Below are positions 25,923-36,921 of a stretch of DNA of 64,000 nucleotides, one piece after another. The stretch covers positions 62,001 to 126,000 of the forward strand of contig CBFDEM010000054.1 in NCBI GenBank assembly GCA_965603825.1, read 5' to 3'. The notes beneath the pieces are model-generated. The model saw nothing but the letters and a program-made list of their open reading frames with translations. It made no database searches and was not told the origin of the DNA. How positions within the stretch are numbered: the stretch's first letter is position 1; every line of letters starts with the position of its first letter. The DNA comes from Blepharisma stoltei ATCC 30299 (taxonomy: Eukaryota; Protista; Ciliophora). Both the position numbers and the translations under genes were made by a program.

Positions 25923-27332
25923 ATGGCAGAGCCTCCTATTACTTCCGAAGAAAAACCCCTCGAAAATCCTTTACAAAGCATTCTTAATAGCGAAGTCGAC
26001 CTAGAAGATCTCTCATCAACTCTCCTCGAAAAAGCTCAAAAAAAATTTGCCAAAGAAAAGACATTAAGCTCACTTGCCTACTTAAAACAAACTGAAGAAT
26101 TGCTCGAAATGATGGCTACCAAAGGTAAACCAGCAAAAGTCGAATATGTAATTGTTACACTAAATAATATTAGTGCTTGCTATCAAAGATTAGGTGATAT
26201 GGAAAAATGCGCATCTTATCTTGAGGCATGTGCTTTTAATTGCTCAAAAGTTAATATACAAAAAAGCTTAGAAGATGTTGCTGATGATATAAAAAAGACA
26301 AAACTTCACGCAAAGCTTTTAATCCAACTTTGCGTCACACTTTCAAATATGAAGAAGCATAAAGAAGCTTTAGAAAAAGCAAAACTTGCAAATAACCTGA
26401 CAAAGCATGCCTTGCAGGCGACTTTTGATGGCTTTAAAGCAATGGTATCAAAATTTAAAAATAAAAAATACATCCAAAGCTTAGACTTGCAGCTAATAAC
26501 AGTATTCCAAGCAATTGCTGCCAGCGCGCAAGAAATTTTGAAAGCAATTTCAATTTATTTAAATTCTGGAGAAATTCCTAAGCCTGAATCTTTAGAGATG
26601 AGGTCAGTTCTAGGGGTTATTACCTTTAGTAACTGAGTAGGTGAATTTGGGATCTCAGATATCATGGTGATTCAGCCTTTATCACTCGAAGAAATCCTTG
26701 AAAAACCTTTACTCCAGGCTGAATTTACTAAAGACTATCTTCTCTATAAAATTGCCCTTCACTCAGTTAGTCTCTTTTGTGTCGCGACCGAAATGAAGCA
26801 TTTAAAGAGTTCTCAGCAATTAAGTGCTGACCAACGCAGACAAGCGTAATTTTTATATAGAGAAGTGACCCATCAGACTGCAATTTCTCTTTTAAAAGCA
26901 TTTTTTCCTAATGATTGTCCATTATTACAACATGTAATACAGTCTTTTCAGCGAAGATTGCTCAGTGAGCTTCAAGAAATTCCTGAAGAAGAAGATAAGC
27001 AAAACCCAAAAAAATCCAGAAGAGCTCAGAGCGGGGATTTTAGGAAGCTTCCAACCCTTAGAGAAAAAAGGGTAAAAGTCGATTTAATAAGGAATAGTCC
27101 GTATAATAACAAATTTGAAAGGCTGCTGCCAAATAGACCGAGAAGCTCTTTAGGAAATAGAAAACATAGAGAAAACCAAAATCCTGCAAGCTATACAGTA
27201 AAAAAGAAAAATATTAGGAATAGCAGCTTGGATTTTAATAAACGAAGCAAAACGCCTCATGAAATGAATTTCCTAAGAAGCTGGGAAGACTCAATTATTG
27301 AGTCTGCACATGGTGATCAGATGCTAAGTTAG
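25923..27332 (+). CDS. TPR-like repeat protein with basic disordered tail, ~464 aa
   Basis: Three track ORFs joined by TGA 26634 and intron 26846-26860; TPR-like VTLNNISACYQRLGDMEKCASYL and LCVTLSNMKKHKEALEKA. Confidence 0.8.
26846..26860 (+). other. 15-nt intron (gtaatttttatatag)
   Basis: GT-AG, A at -6; removes an in-frame TAA between two same-frame ORFs. Confidence 0.85.
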
Positions 27333-27351
27333 TGTAATATATTCATATAAT

Positions 27352-27916
27352 TTATCACTCATTTATTAAATAGGAGTCTCCAATATCTGTACGATGGCTA
27401 ATACTATTTTCTAGTTTAACAGTAACAACCTTGACCCCATGGCTTTGTGTAATAATTCCCATACCTTTTTCTTCTAAATAATCATGAGGTGTTTTCCCAT
27501 TCTAATTATAAGCTTACCTTATTCCTGATATTTTCCAATGCTCCTGCATCTAGCAGCATTTTATAGAGTTCACAATCTCTCCTGATAGCAGCAAGATGCA
27601 AAGGAGTTTCTCCATGATCATCTTGTGCATCAATATTAAACCCGAACTCAATAAGAGAATTTACAATTGCTTTTTTGCGCTTTCATACCGCAACGTGTAA
27701 GTAAGTTCATGAGTGCTGTTTATTAATTACTCCTTGAAGTTTTGTACAGATATCTTCTTTTTTATAAGAAAAATGATGGTTGCCTAGAATGATTGACTCC
27801 AAAACTTCTACTACCTTAAATATCAAGTACTCTAGGGTTTGGCTTATTTTTGTTGCTGAACTGATTACCCATTTGTATCCTATATACTGATAGAAAAAAT
27901 TATAAAAATACTTCAT
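27352..27916 (-). CDS. Ankyrin-repeat protein (start uncertain)
   Basis: TYLHVAV, NIDAQDDHGETPLHLAA, and IRNK|NGKTPHDY after removing a 16-nt intron; ends GAG TGA TAA. Confidence 0.8.
27502..27517 (-). other. 16-nt intron (gtaagcttataattag)
   Basis: GT-AG, A at -6; removal restores the ankyrin NK-NGKTP motif. Confidence 0.85.
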
Positions 27917-28000
27917 TAATTTCCCATGATATATCAAAAATTCCTGGTTAGCGTGATTTATATAGAAATCAGCCTTATTAACTTACATTATTATGTAAAA

Positions 28001-29215
28001 TTATACCCTCATAATTTTTTGCTTTTTAAAAGTCCCAGTTGTCTTATTTGCAGGTGAGCCTCTGACTTTCCCATTAGCCACTTCAGGTGATGGAGGTCTC
28101 ATATTAGGTGCTGTATTAGGCCTTGATTTCTTCTTATTACTGTCTTCATTTCCTTTCAAACTTGGCCGATTCCCTACATAGCTCAATGGTATTTTTTTCA
28201 ACCCAATTTTAGCAGGACTTACCTTTCTTTTGTTTTTCTCATTTAACCCACCTCTTTTTTCCGTTATTTTTATCGCCCTGTCAATATTTTCATTATTTTT
28301 CATTAAATCATTATGCAAAGCATCAGCAAGCTTTTGCAGATCGTCATGGCTTGCCCCTACAATGGATTTAACCCTATCATTGCTTTTTATTGGGCTGATA
28401 TTCATATTATCCCCTCTTGATCTCTGCATAGGCTGCTCTCTTCTAGCAATTCTGATTTCTTCACGGTATTCTGTTTGTGGGGCTCCTTTTAAGCAGCTTC
28501 TTAATATAGCAAATCCATTTTCTACTGGATTTTTGCTGCTGGGATGAGGGATATCTGATAAATTTTCATTAGTTCCATTATCAATTCAACTGATTTTATC
28601 GTTTTTTTCTATATCTACATGTTGTTCATAATCGACAAATTCCCCAACTTGGGCGTTTAAATATGTGTTTCTCAGTACCAGGTCTTCTGCGTTTGTCTCA
28701 AAAACTTCATTTGTATCGTTCCAGCCTGAGCTTATAGGCCCGAATCCAAGCTTAGTTAATCTCCCTTCAAGTGCGGCTAACTGGTGTACAAAATTTGGCC
28801 TTAATTCCATATCAGAGCGTCTGGAATTGAGAAATTCCAAAGTTTTGAAGAGAGTCCATCTATATTTTTTCATAAAATAAGCTGCCACAACACATATGCA
28901 TCTGCATTGTCCTCTAACTGAATGAATAAGGACGCTTTCTCCGAGATTTGCAGCTTCTTCAATAAATGAATAAATTTGGGAAAAAACCTCGTCGCGTGTA
29001 TCAAATAAAACTTGAGAATCAATATCCAGTCAATAGAACGAAAGATAGTTAACACCGATTGGCTCCCAATGATTAGGGACTTGGCGAGAAGCACAATTTA
29101 TAATATGAGTAACTTTGTTAGCGACCACAAATTCAAGGTCTTGAGCTGCAAATTCATCCCCTATAAAGAGGCCGTCTTTAACTTTTATAGCTCCTACAAG
29201 TTCAAGTTCTGCCAT
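28001..29215 (-). CDS. Dual-specificity phosphatase-like protein with catalytic Cys replaced by Ser, ~404 aa
   Basis: GLFIGD, VTHIINCA, VLIHSVRGQCRC, AAYFMKKYRW, RPNFVHQL; TGA at 29030 and 28586 read as Trp. Confidence 0.88.
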
Positions 29216-29620
29216 TTAGAGTTTATGTTTGAAGTAGAAGTTATTTTTTCATTTTATTTCAAAAACAAGAATGAAGTCTTGAATAGCAGCCTTTTTGCAT
29301 GAAATTTATAAAAATCTAGCATAAATCAGCTCAGAAAATATTTAATGTAAGCTTGGCAACTTTTTCAAATTAAGAATTATGATAACTAAAAATTTAATTA
29401 TAATTAAATGGAGACTATAAAAGAGAGCCAGATAAATCGTAAAATACACTGGCTGCAGAAATTTCTTATAAAAAATCCCGAGTGGCTCTCTCTTTATTTT
29501 ATTAATACAAGCATGAAACATGGCTGACTTTAATTCTCAAAATCCCTGGAAATCCCAAGCTAACTTTCTCAATAAAGCTGTGCTGGTCAAAATCGCGCTC
29601 AAGGTCTCTTGTAATAAAAT

Positions 29621-30874
29621 ATGTCAAAAGAAGATTTGAAGAAAGCTTTCTTAGTCAAACCTAGGCCCAAAATTAATACATCACTGCAGTCTTATGAGCC
29701 TCCTATATCTAGCCCGGCCTCTTTTGAATTTGTATTTAATATAAATGACCCTCATACAATAATCCCTTCTGATGGCTATAAATGTGTTCAGCAGTATCAA
29801 GAATATTACATAGAAAATCTCTCATCTATCAAAGAAAATGCTAAAAGAGTCCGGCTTAAGAGGAAAATTGATGAGATTTCTGCTGAAAAACGACAGGAAA
29901 AAGAGACCAAGAAATGAATCAAGAAGATGGAGAAGCTGGAAAGCATCAACAAAAATTGTGTCTGGGTATGGACAAATGAAGGTCATAAATACGTCACGGA
30001 AAGCTTCTTGGAGGAGTCTGATGCAAAGCTATTTATTAGACCTAGGTTTTTGACTGACTCTGAAAGATATAAAAAATCTGGGACGCCACCAAGCAAGTTT
30101 GTTACTTATAATTTTCGGTCGGTGAAGGATAAAGTTTTAGATCCACAGGGTGAGACTGTAAGATACCGGTCTGACCAAGTGTGGAGCCTTCATGAGCTGA
30201 AAGTGTTTTTACATGAGTTTTTCCACCACCCAAAGAAATTTGACGAAATTAAGAAGTTTCTCCCTGAAAAAACCACAAAGGATGTCATACAGCTTTTTTA
30301 CCTTATTAAGTATCAATTTAGACTCAAAAAGATGCTAAGAATTCAGTCAAGAAAACGAAGAGAAGATGTAGTTATCGACCATGTAAATCAAGTCATCAAA
30401 AAGGTCAAGAAAATGTTCCCAAAACGTGAATGGATTTCCCAAGAAGATTTTTCTCATAAAATTTCTCAGCAAAAAGAAATGAGCCCTGAAAAATACATTG
30501 AAAAATTCGGCAAAGATTCATCAAAATTAAATCCATCACAACGTGAATTCCAAGACTATTCAAGGTATAAAGAGTACGCATTCGGCGGAGAAACAATGCA
30601 AGATGAAGGCCCAATTGCAGGAGAAGAAGCAGAAAGAAAAGGAGTTGCGCAATGGTCTTATGAAGAAAAATTAAATTTTTTGACTTATTACAGACAATTT
30701 GGAAGAAATTGGGAAGAAATTGCAAAAAAGATTGAAACAAAAACCGCAAGCCAATGCAGGAATTTCTTCCAAAACTATAAGAAAAAATTAAATTTAGACA
30801 GCGTGAGCTCTGAACAAGACGCAGAAGCGACCTTAGCTGCAGCCGGAATAGTCAACCGAGCGTCAAAAAATTAG
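29621..30874 (+). CDS. Double SANT/Myb-domain protein, NCoR/SMRT/Snt1-like, ~417 aa
   Basis: SANT1 WSLHELKVF...HPKKFDEIKKFLPEKTTKDVIQLFY; SANT2 WSYEEKLNF...FGRNWEEIAKKIETKTASQCRNFFQNYKKKLNLD; TGA 29915 read as Trp. Confidence 0.85.
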
Positions 30875-30927
30875 CTTAAAATCTTTCTTTTTAAATCACA
30901 TTATTTCATGAATTAATAAAAAAACTA

Positions 30928-32019
30928 ATGCGCACAGATTGGGAAAGAAGGACTCCAGCCTATTTTCACAGCGAAAAATATAAAGCTAATACAAATTCCC
31001 TTAGTTTTAGTCAAGAAATTCCATGAGAAATCGGCGAAGTAATAAGAGGCAAATACAGAATTGGTAGAATCCTAGGTGAGGGAACATTTGGTGTTGTGAT
31101 GGAAGTTATAGACGAAGAAGACAAATCATCAAAAGCCGCCAAGGTGGTAAGACCTGACCCAATTTATATAAATGAAGCAAAAATTGAAGCAGAAACTTTA
31201 CGAAAAATGTGCGAGCTTGACCTTAAAAATTCGTCACATATCGTAAAAATTCTGGACGCGTTCTTACATCAAAGGCGCTATTGTATTATATTTGAAAAAT
31301 TGGGGAAAAGCTTGTACTCAGTTTTAGAAAAAAATCATTTCAAAGGATTTAGAATTCGAGAAATCAGAGAGTTTAGTAGGCAATTGCTGGAAGCGTTGAA
31401 CTTTTTACATAGTAATGGATTAACGCATACAGATTTAAAGCCGGAAAATATTTTATTAGTAAATGACACATTGAGGTATTCGAGGAAGCATGTAAGATAT
31501 ATATAGAGAGCATATCAAGCAGTAAGCACTGATATTAAATTAATAGACTTTGGGGGAGCAACTTTTGAAGATGACTTTCATCCAACTATAATTTCTACCT
31601 GCCACTATAGAGCTCCTGAAGTTCTTATGCAGTCCGAGTGGTCTATGAGTTCAGACATGTGATCATTGGGCTGCATCTTATTTGAGCTTTATACTGGAGA
31701 AATGCTATTTCCAACTGAAAATGAAAGATTGCACCTCGCGATGATGGAGAAGCTCTTTGGAAGAATTCCTATTAAGATGGTCAAAAACTGTGGAAAAAAC
31801 TTCAAAAGATATTTTGATAGCCGAAACCAATTAATTTGGCCTGAATCAAGCACTTCAAACGAAGACATCCGACTTGTGGAGGAGACGGTTTTAATTGAGG
31901 ATATGATTCCTGATAAACACTCAGAGTTCAAAGATTTTGTTTTATCTATGCTGAAATACAACTCAGAACTACGGCCAAGTCCTTCCCAGGCCCTGAGGCA
32001 TTGCTTTATAATTGGATAA
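30928..32019 (+). CDS. CLK/LAMMER-family protein kinase, ~358 aa
   Basis: GEGTFG, HTDLKPEN, IDFG, HYRAPE, DM(TGA)SLGC, HLAMMEK; intron 31492-31506. Confidence 0.93.
31492..31506 (+). other. 15-nt intron (gtaagatatatatag)
   Basis: Removes an in-frame TAG between the kinase HTD and DFG motifs. Confidence 0.92.
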
Positions 32020-32044
32020 CATAAAACATTAAAATTAAACATTT

Positions 32045-32575
32045 ATGGGTCAAAAAGCTTCAACTGACTCAGAAATTCAAAAAAAGTATATTTTGCCATC
32101 ACCTGGCACGATGGGAGCTGGCAGCAAAGCATTTGGGTACGTGATTATCTATACCGACAACAAAATCCACCAGTTGCAGGTTACCCCATCTCTCAGCGTG
32201 AAATCTGCAAAAGCCTTTATTGATCCGAAAAATAAAAAGAATTTAAAACTCGTTTTAGAAAACACAGAACTCGATAACAGCCAAAAGATAAAAGATCTCA
32301 ATATTGGGCCCAACACCGTTATTAAAGCAATTTATCATAAAAAGAAAAGCATTAAATATGACAGCACCTGTGTAAATAGTGAGAACCCCTCGCCTTTTTT
32401 AAGCGTTGTAAGTAGTAATACAAATTTCTCGAGGCTTTATGAGATAGACATGAGAAAATATGAAGTCGGGGATGCTGGGGTGTTGGTAAATAAAATTAAA
32501 GGAACAAATTTGGAGAAAGGAATCAACAAAATGAAAAAAAAATTAAGTTTGAAACATAGGGTTCAATTTTCGTAA
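32045..32575 (+). CDS. Small protein with ubiquitin-like domain and possible N-myristoylation, 176 aa
   Basis: MGQKAS start; LKLVLENTELDNSQKIKDLNIGPNTVI resembles a ubiquitin fold. Confidence 0.6.
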   Translation: MGQKASTDSEIQKKYILPSPGTMGAGSKAFGYVIIYTDNKIHQLQVTPSLSVKSAKAFIDPKNKKNLKLVLENTELDNSQKIKDLNIGPNTVIKAIYHKKKSIKYDSTCVNSENPSPFLSVVSSNTNFSRLYEIDMRKYEVGDAGVLVNKIKGTNLEKGINKMKKKLSLKHRVQFS

Positions 32576-32800
32576 AGAATGGGGTAATTAAAGGTTAATT
32601 AGTAAAAAGGAACTGTAAATGGTTAATATAAATAGATGACGGTAAATTGGAGTGTTCTTAAAGGTGTTGACGTAAAATTAGGAATCAGAAGACAATAGAG
32701 GTGAAATTTAATGAGAAAATAATAAAAGAATCCATTAATTATTAAATATTTTAAAATCGCTATATTAGAATTAAATTGATGAATATAAATTTAATTCAAA

Positions 32801-33472
32801 ATGAATATGTTCAATAAAAAGAGCGATATTTATCAAGCACTTTATAGTGACATAAGGCAAAGGATGAATTCTTATGCAGTATGAAACTTGAAGAAAAATA
32901 TATTAGGAAGATTTATCCTTATTGCGCTCATGATAACTGCTTGCATTGTGCCATGATATTATGAAAGCGACGATTTGCCATATGTTTTTTTGTTTATGCT
33001 TTGTGATATAGAATATAATAGCACAAAATGCAAAAATTACTGGACTTTGTATGATGATAACAACTGCGGATCTTCTAATAGTAGTTATTGTGATAAAATA
33101 GAAAAAAATAGACTGGCTGGAGAAGTCTATTTATTTGCTACACTTATAATGATTTTTTTGATACTTTTAAGCATTTTTGGAGTTTATTCAACATACTCAA
33201 AACGTTTAAGGTGCTGCAAAACGGATTGGGCTAATTTTATATTTCCTATTGCGCAGAGTGGTATTGTGAGTTTTTGGATATGGAAAAGCACTTATAAAAT
33301 TTCTTATAATTCTGGCATTGAGCCAGGCACGACTATTGGGATTGCTGTTTTTATCTTTCAAGTGTGTATTGTTTTCCATTATTTTTTATTCAAATCGGAG
33401 CTTTCAGAAGATAAGCACTCTTTATCTGACGAAAGTTTGCCTAATGGAGATCAAGGGTATTCAATTAATTAA
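32801..33472 (+). CDS. Claudin/PMP22-like four-TM protein, ~223 aa
   Basis: ATG 32801 in frame via two TGA; TM1 ends P(W)YY, followed by a Cys-containing loop and three more hydrophobic segments. Confidence 0.6.
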
Positions 33473-33528
33473 TTTTAATATTTTTACACAGTTTCATAAC
33501 AGCTTAGTTATTGAATATATTTTTTAAG

Positions 33529-35757
33529 ATGGACTCAATGAATGAAAAAAATACTTTAAAATCGTTTGGAGAAAACAAAAATATGAATGCTTCAGATATT
33601 GATATTTCATGAACCAAGCAAAGAGCAGACGAACTTTTAGAAAAAGAATCACAACAACTTTTAGATCGGCATTTGAAATCTTTAGGGCTGTCTATTGAGC
33701 CTAATAAAACTCTAAAACCTATAGGGCTAATTGATTCACAATTTTCAAAAAAAGATTTGGTTTTGAGTGTTAATCGGCTTTATAAACCAAAAAAATATTT
33801 TAAAGTGCAAACTCAAAGAAATCATTATACGAGAAAAAAATCCAAGAATGGCAAGATTAGGTTGTTCAGTAATGCGCCTAGTATTGAAAATACCCCGATG
33901 TCAAAACCGAAGAGGACTCAAACTTCAAGAAAATTGCTTAAAATCCCAACTGTTGATGATTTTTGTCCTGAAGATTTTTTGCAAACTGAACAAACTGCTA
34001 GAGCATCAATAAGCACTGACCAAAGCAATTTGCCTACTGAGCCAACATTAAGAACAGTTAACCGAACCAAAACAAAAAGCTCTATGAAAGAAATTGATGA
34101 AAAATCGAGAACAGCAACCGAAATTAAGAGTCCTACAATTATTTCAAACAGACCACAATCACTAATGGCTAATTCTATTGATCTTGACACAAAAGATGCA
34201 TCAGAACTTGGAGATCTTTTTATGATAATGTCTAAAAGAAAAATTATTAGTCCAAAAGAAAACGCTCGTGAAAGATCATCACTTAAATCGCTTAACGAAA
34301 AAATCATTGAAATGATGATGCAAAATCCAAGCGAGCTTTACAGAATTTTGTCCCACACAAGTAAAGACCCAAAAAATAAAGAATTAGAACAATGAACAGA
34401 AGGGCACGAGTCTCTTTTTAGGTCATTATTGAGAAAAACTCATTCATTTAATTCAATTTCAAAAACAAAAATGTTTAAAGAAAAAGCTAATGGCTTGCCA
34501 AGCACTGGAACTGCTTTAAACATGGACTGAAGATTTGATAAACACTCGCCTTGGGTAAATGATTTAGATTGCCAAGACAATAAACTATCTGCCAGAAAAA
34601 GCATCTCTAACATAAGAACCCAAATTTTGCATGAGCCTACAACCCAGCAAAAAGAAGAAGACCTTATTTGCGATTTACAAAAAATCACAGGTTGCGATTC
34701 TACCGATTTGTATAAATTAAAAAAATTAAACACAAAAATTCAAAATTTAAAAGAATTTGAAGACGCTATGAAAGGCTTCGAACAAATTTATTTATGGGAA
34801 AAATCGCAAGAGCTGTTTGATACAGCTAAAAATATTCTTGCACAGCATATTTTACAAGAAAATGAAAATGAAGTGAAAAATCTTAATAGATCAAGGTATT
34901 CTTATTTGTCAGCAAAAGTAGCATTCCAAAGAGCGAATAAAGAATTGAGAGATAAAATGCTTCAAAGAGCGGAAATACGTAGGCAGGAATTAAGGAAAAA
35001 ACAGAAAGATATTTTGAGAAATGTGATTATTGCGAAAAATATAGTTCGAAGAATTTATGGACACATAATATTTCGTCCGAAAAGAGTTCTAATAAATACT
35101 TCACACCCTATTAATACTCCTCTTTTCATTCCTGATATGATAAAGCTTGGGTTTTTACCCACATTTTTTGAAGCAAAACCAAATATCCTAAACCCTGAAA
35201 ACACCTTTGTTGTCAAAGATGCTCCGTTCCATTTAGCCAAAAAAAGTTTGGATAATTTATCAAAATGAAATAAAATAAAAGAAGAAAATATAGATTCTAC
35301 GAAAAATATTAAAATCCAGCTTGATAAATATAAGGCAGCTATCAAAATCCAAGCCCATATCAGAGGATTTTTATTCAGAACGAGAATCCAAAAATTGAAA
35401 AAAGTCGTTAATTCAATTAAAAGCAAATTCAGGATGTATAAAGACAAGTATAAATTTATGCAAGAAATTATTTGCTATCAGAAAATAAATGGCACCCAGG
35501 ATATTGTACATTTAGTAAGAAAATGACGCAGTACACTTGTATATCAGAAGGCATTGAGGGACTATTTAAAAGCAAACCCAAGCTTGGCTACAGAACATAA
35601 AGCACCCGAAAGAATAAGAGGTGGAGGGAGAAAAGCTACTGTTTTGTCGAAATATTTAATTCCACATTCAGAGCTTTCAAAAAATTACTCGCATAGAAAA
35701 ACAATTAATTCAAAAGCCTCAGATAATCTCTCAAGGATGCCATCATATACGTTTTAA
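33529..35757 (+). CDS. Large basic protein with IQ calmodulin-binding motif, ~742 aa (5 TGA=Trp)
   Basis: Three same-frame track ORFs joined through TGA only; AAIKIQAHIRGFLFR at ~35335-35380. Confidence 0.8.
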
Positions 35758-35836
35758 TAATTTATATAAGTAATTTTTATTGAATTTTTCAATTAGCGAT
35801 TATAAATCAAAGCCCATTTAAATCATTTACAAATAA

Positions 35837-36877
35837 ATGTCAATAAATAATCACGATATTGAAGAAGAGGAAGAATACAAGCCTCAACTTATAAGATCTG
35901 ACTCAGGCTATAATCTTTTAAAAAACTGTAATAACCCAGGCTATGAGCATAACTCAAAATATGAAAAACTTGCAGAATATTCAATTTTATCAATTGGCGA
36001 TTTAAGCAACGTCCCAGGAAGTTGGCTTTATTTTAGATACACTGAAGAAAGCATAAATTTTATGCGATTTTTACACATAAGTGGGCTTGGAATTGAATTT
36101 TTTGGCCTAATAATTGGAGAAGCTTTAATAGAGGCGAGAGATACTCACCATAGTGTCACTCCTTTTTCGCCTCAGCATTTTTTTATCCTTGGCGCTTGGG
36201 CTTCTATATCTACCTTTGGGGTGTTTTTCTTATACATGCTCTTTACTGTAACCCTTACTTCCCGAGAAATAATTGCTCATCAGCTTGGCTATTTAATTTT
36301 TTTAGTTTACATTTTTCACGGTATATATCTTACATTAAGAAATTTAACCGAAATTCTTTATGTGGACATTATCTGCGTTTTGCTATTATCGGTACTTTCT
36401 ATCTTGATTTTTATTTTATATAGAAGAATAAAGTACCAAGATGATGGGAGATTTATAGTGAATAGGTTTGAATTTTTGGGAGTTCATGTGAGAATTAGTA
36501 TCCTATTTAGCTGGGTGATGCTATGTGCTACTCATCGAATATTTGTGTGTCTTTCGTTTGCAGAAACTTCTGATAACTTATTGGGATGGTCAAATGATAA
36601 TTGGTCAATTTTGGCAATGTGCTTATTTTTTGCCCTTGGGGTTATTGTGCTGACTAAATATAAAGATATATTTTTTGGGATGATGATTTCTTATTCTTTT
36701 ATTGGAATTTACATCATGCAGACCCATAATAGTATCTGTAAAGAAGAATTTAATGAAGAATGCAGTGAAAAGGTGGGGGTTTGCGCTATTATTTTATCGT
36801 GTATTTTATTTTTTTTTATTTTAGTGACCATTGGTGTTCACTATGATTTGGTATGCTATAAAAAATCTGGAGAATAG
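35837..36877 (+). CDS. Multi-pass membrane protein, 346 aa (possibly DUF1774/TspO-like)
   Basis: Uninterrupted ORF with ~8 hydrophobic segments; TPFSP and HVRISILFSW motifs. Family call is tentative. Confidence 0.7.
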   Translation: MSINNHDIEEEEEYKPQLIRSDSGYNLLKNCNNPGYEHNSKYEKLAEYSILSIGDLSNVPGSWLYFRYTEESINFMRFLHISGLGIEFFGLIIGEALIEARDTHHSVTPFSPQHFFILGAWASISTFGVFFLYMLFTVTLTSREIIAHQLGYLIFLVYIFHGIYLTLRNLTEILYVDIICVLLLSVLSILIFILYRRIKYQDDGRFIVNRFEFLGVHVRISILFSWVMLCATHRIFVCLSFAETSDNLLGWSNDNWSILAMCLFFALGVIVLTKYKDIFFGMMISYSFIGIYIMQTHNSICKEEFNEECSEKVGVCAIILSCILFFFILVTIGVHYDLVCYKKSGE

Positions 36878-36921
36878 TTTAATTAATTTAGCAACTTTAT
36901 GCTAAAAGTTTAATATTAAAA

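Noticed and set aside
31660-31662. In-frame TGA as selenocysteine
   Set aside because: The positions match conserved Trp, not catalytic Cys, in non-selenoprotein families; I saw no SECIS-like element.
32576-32710. G-rich, C-poor stretch with repeated GTAAA after the ubiquitin-like gene
   Set aside because: No 15/16-nt GT-AG intron extends the ORF, and there is no periodicity or stable structure.
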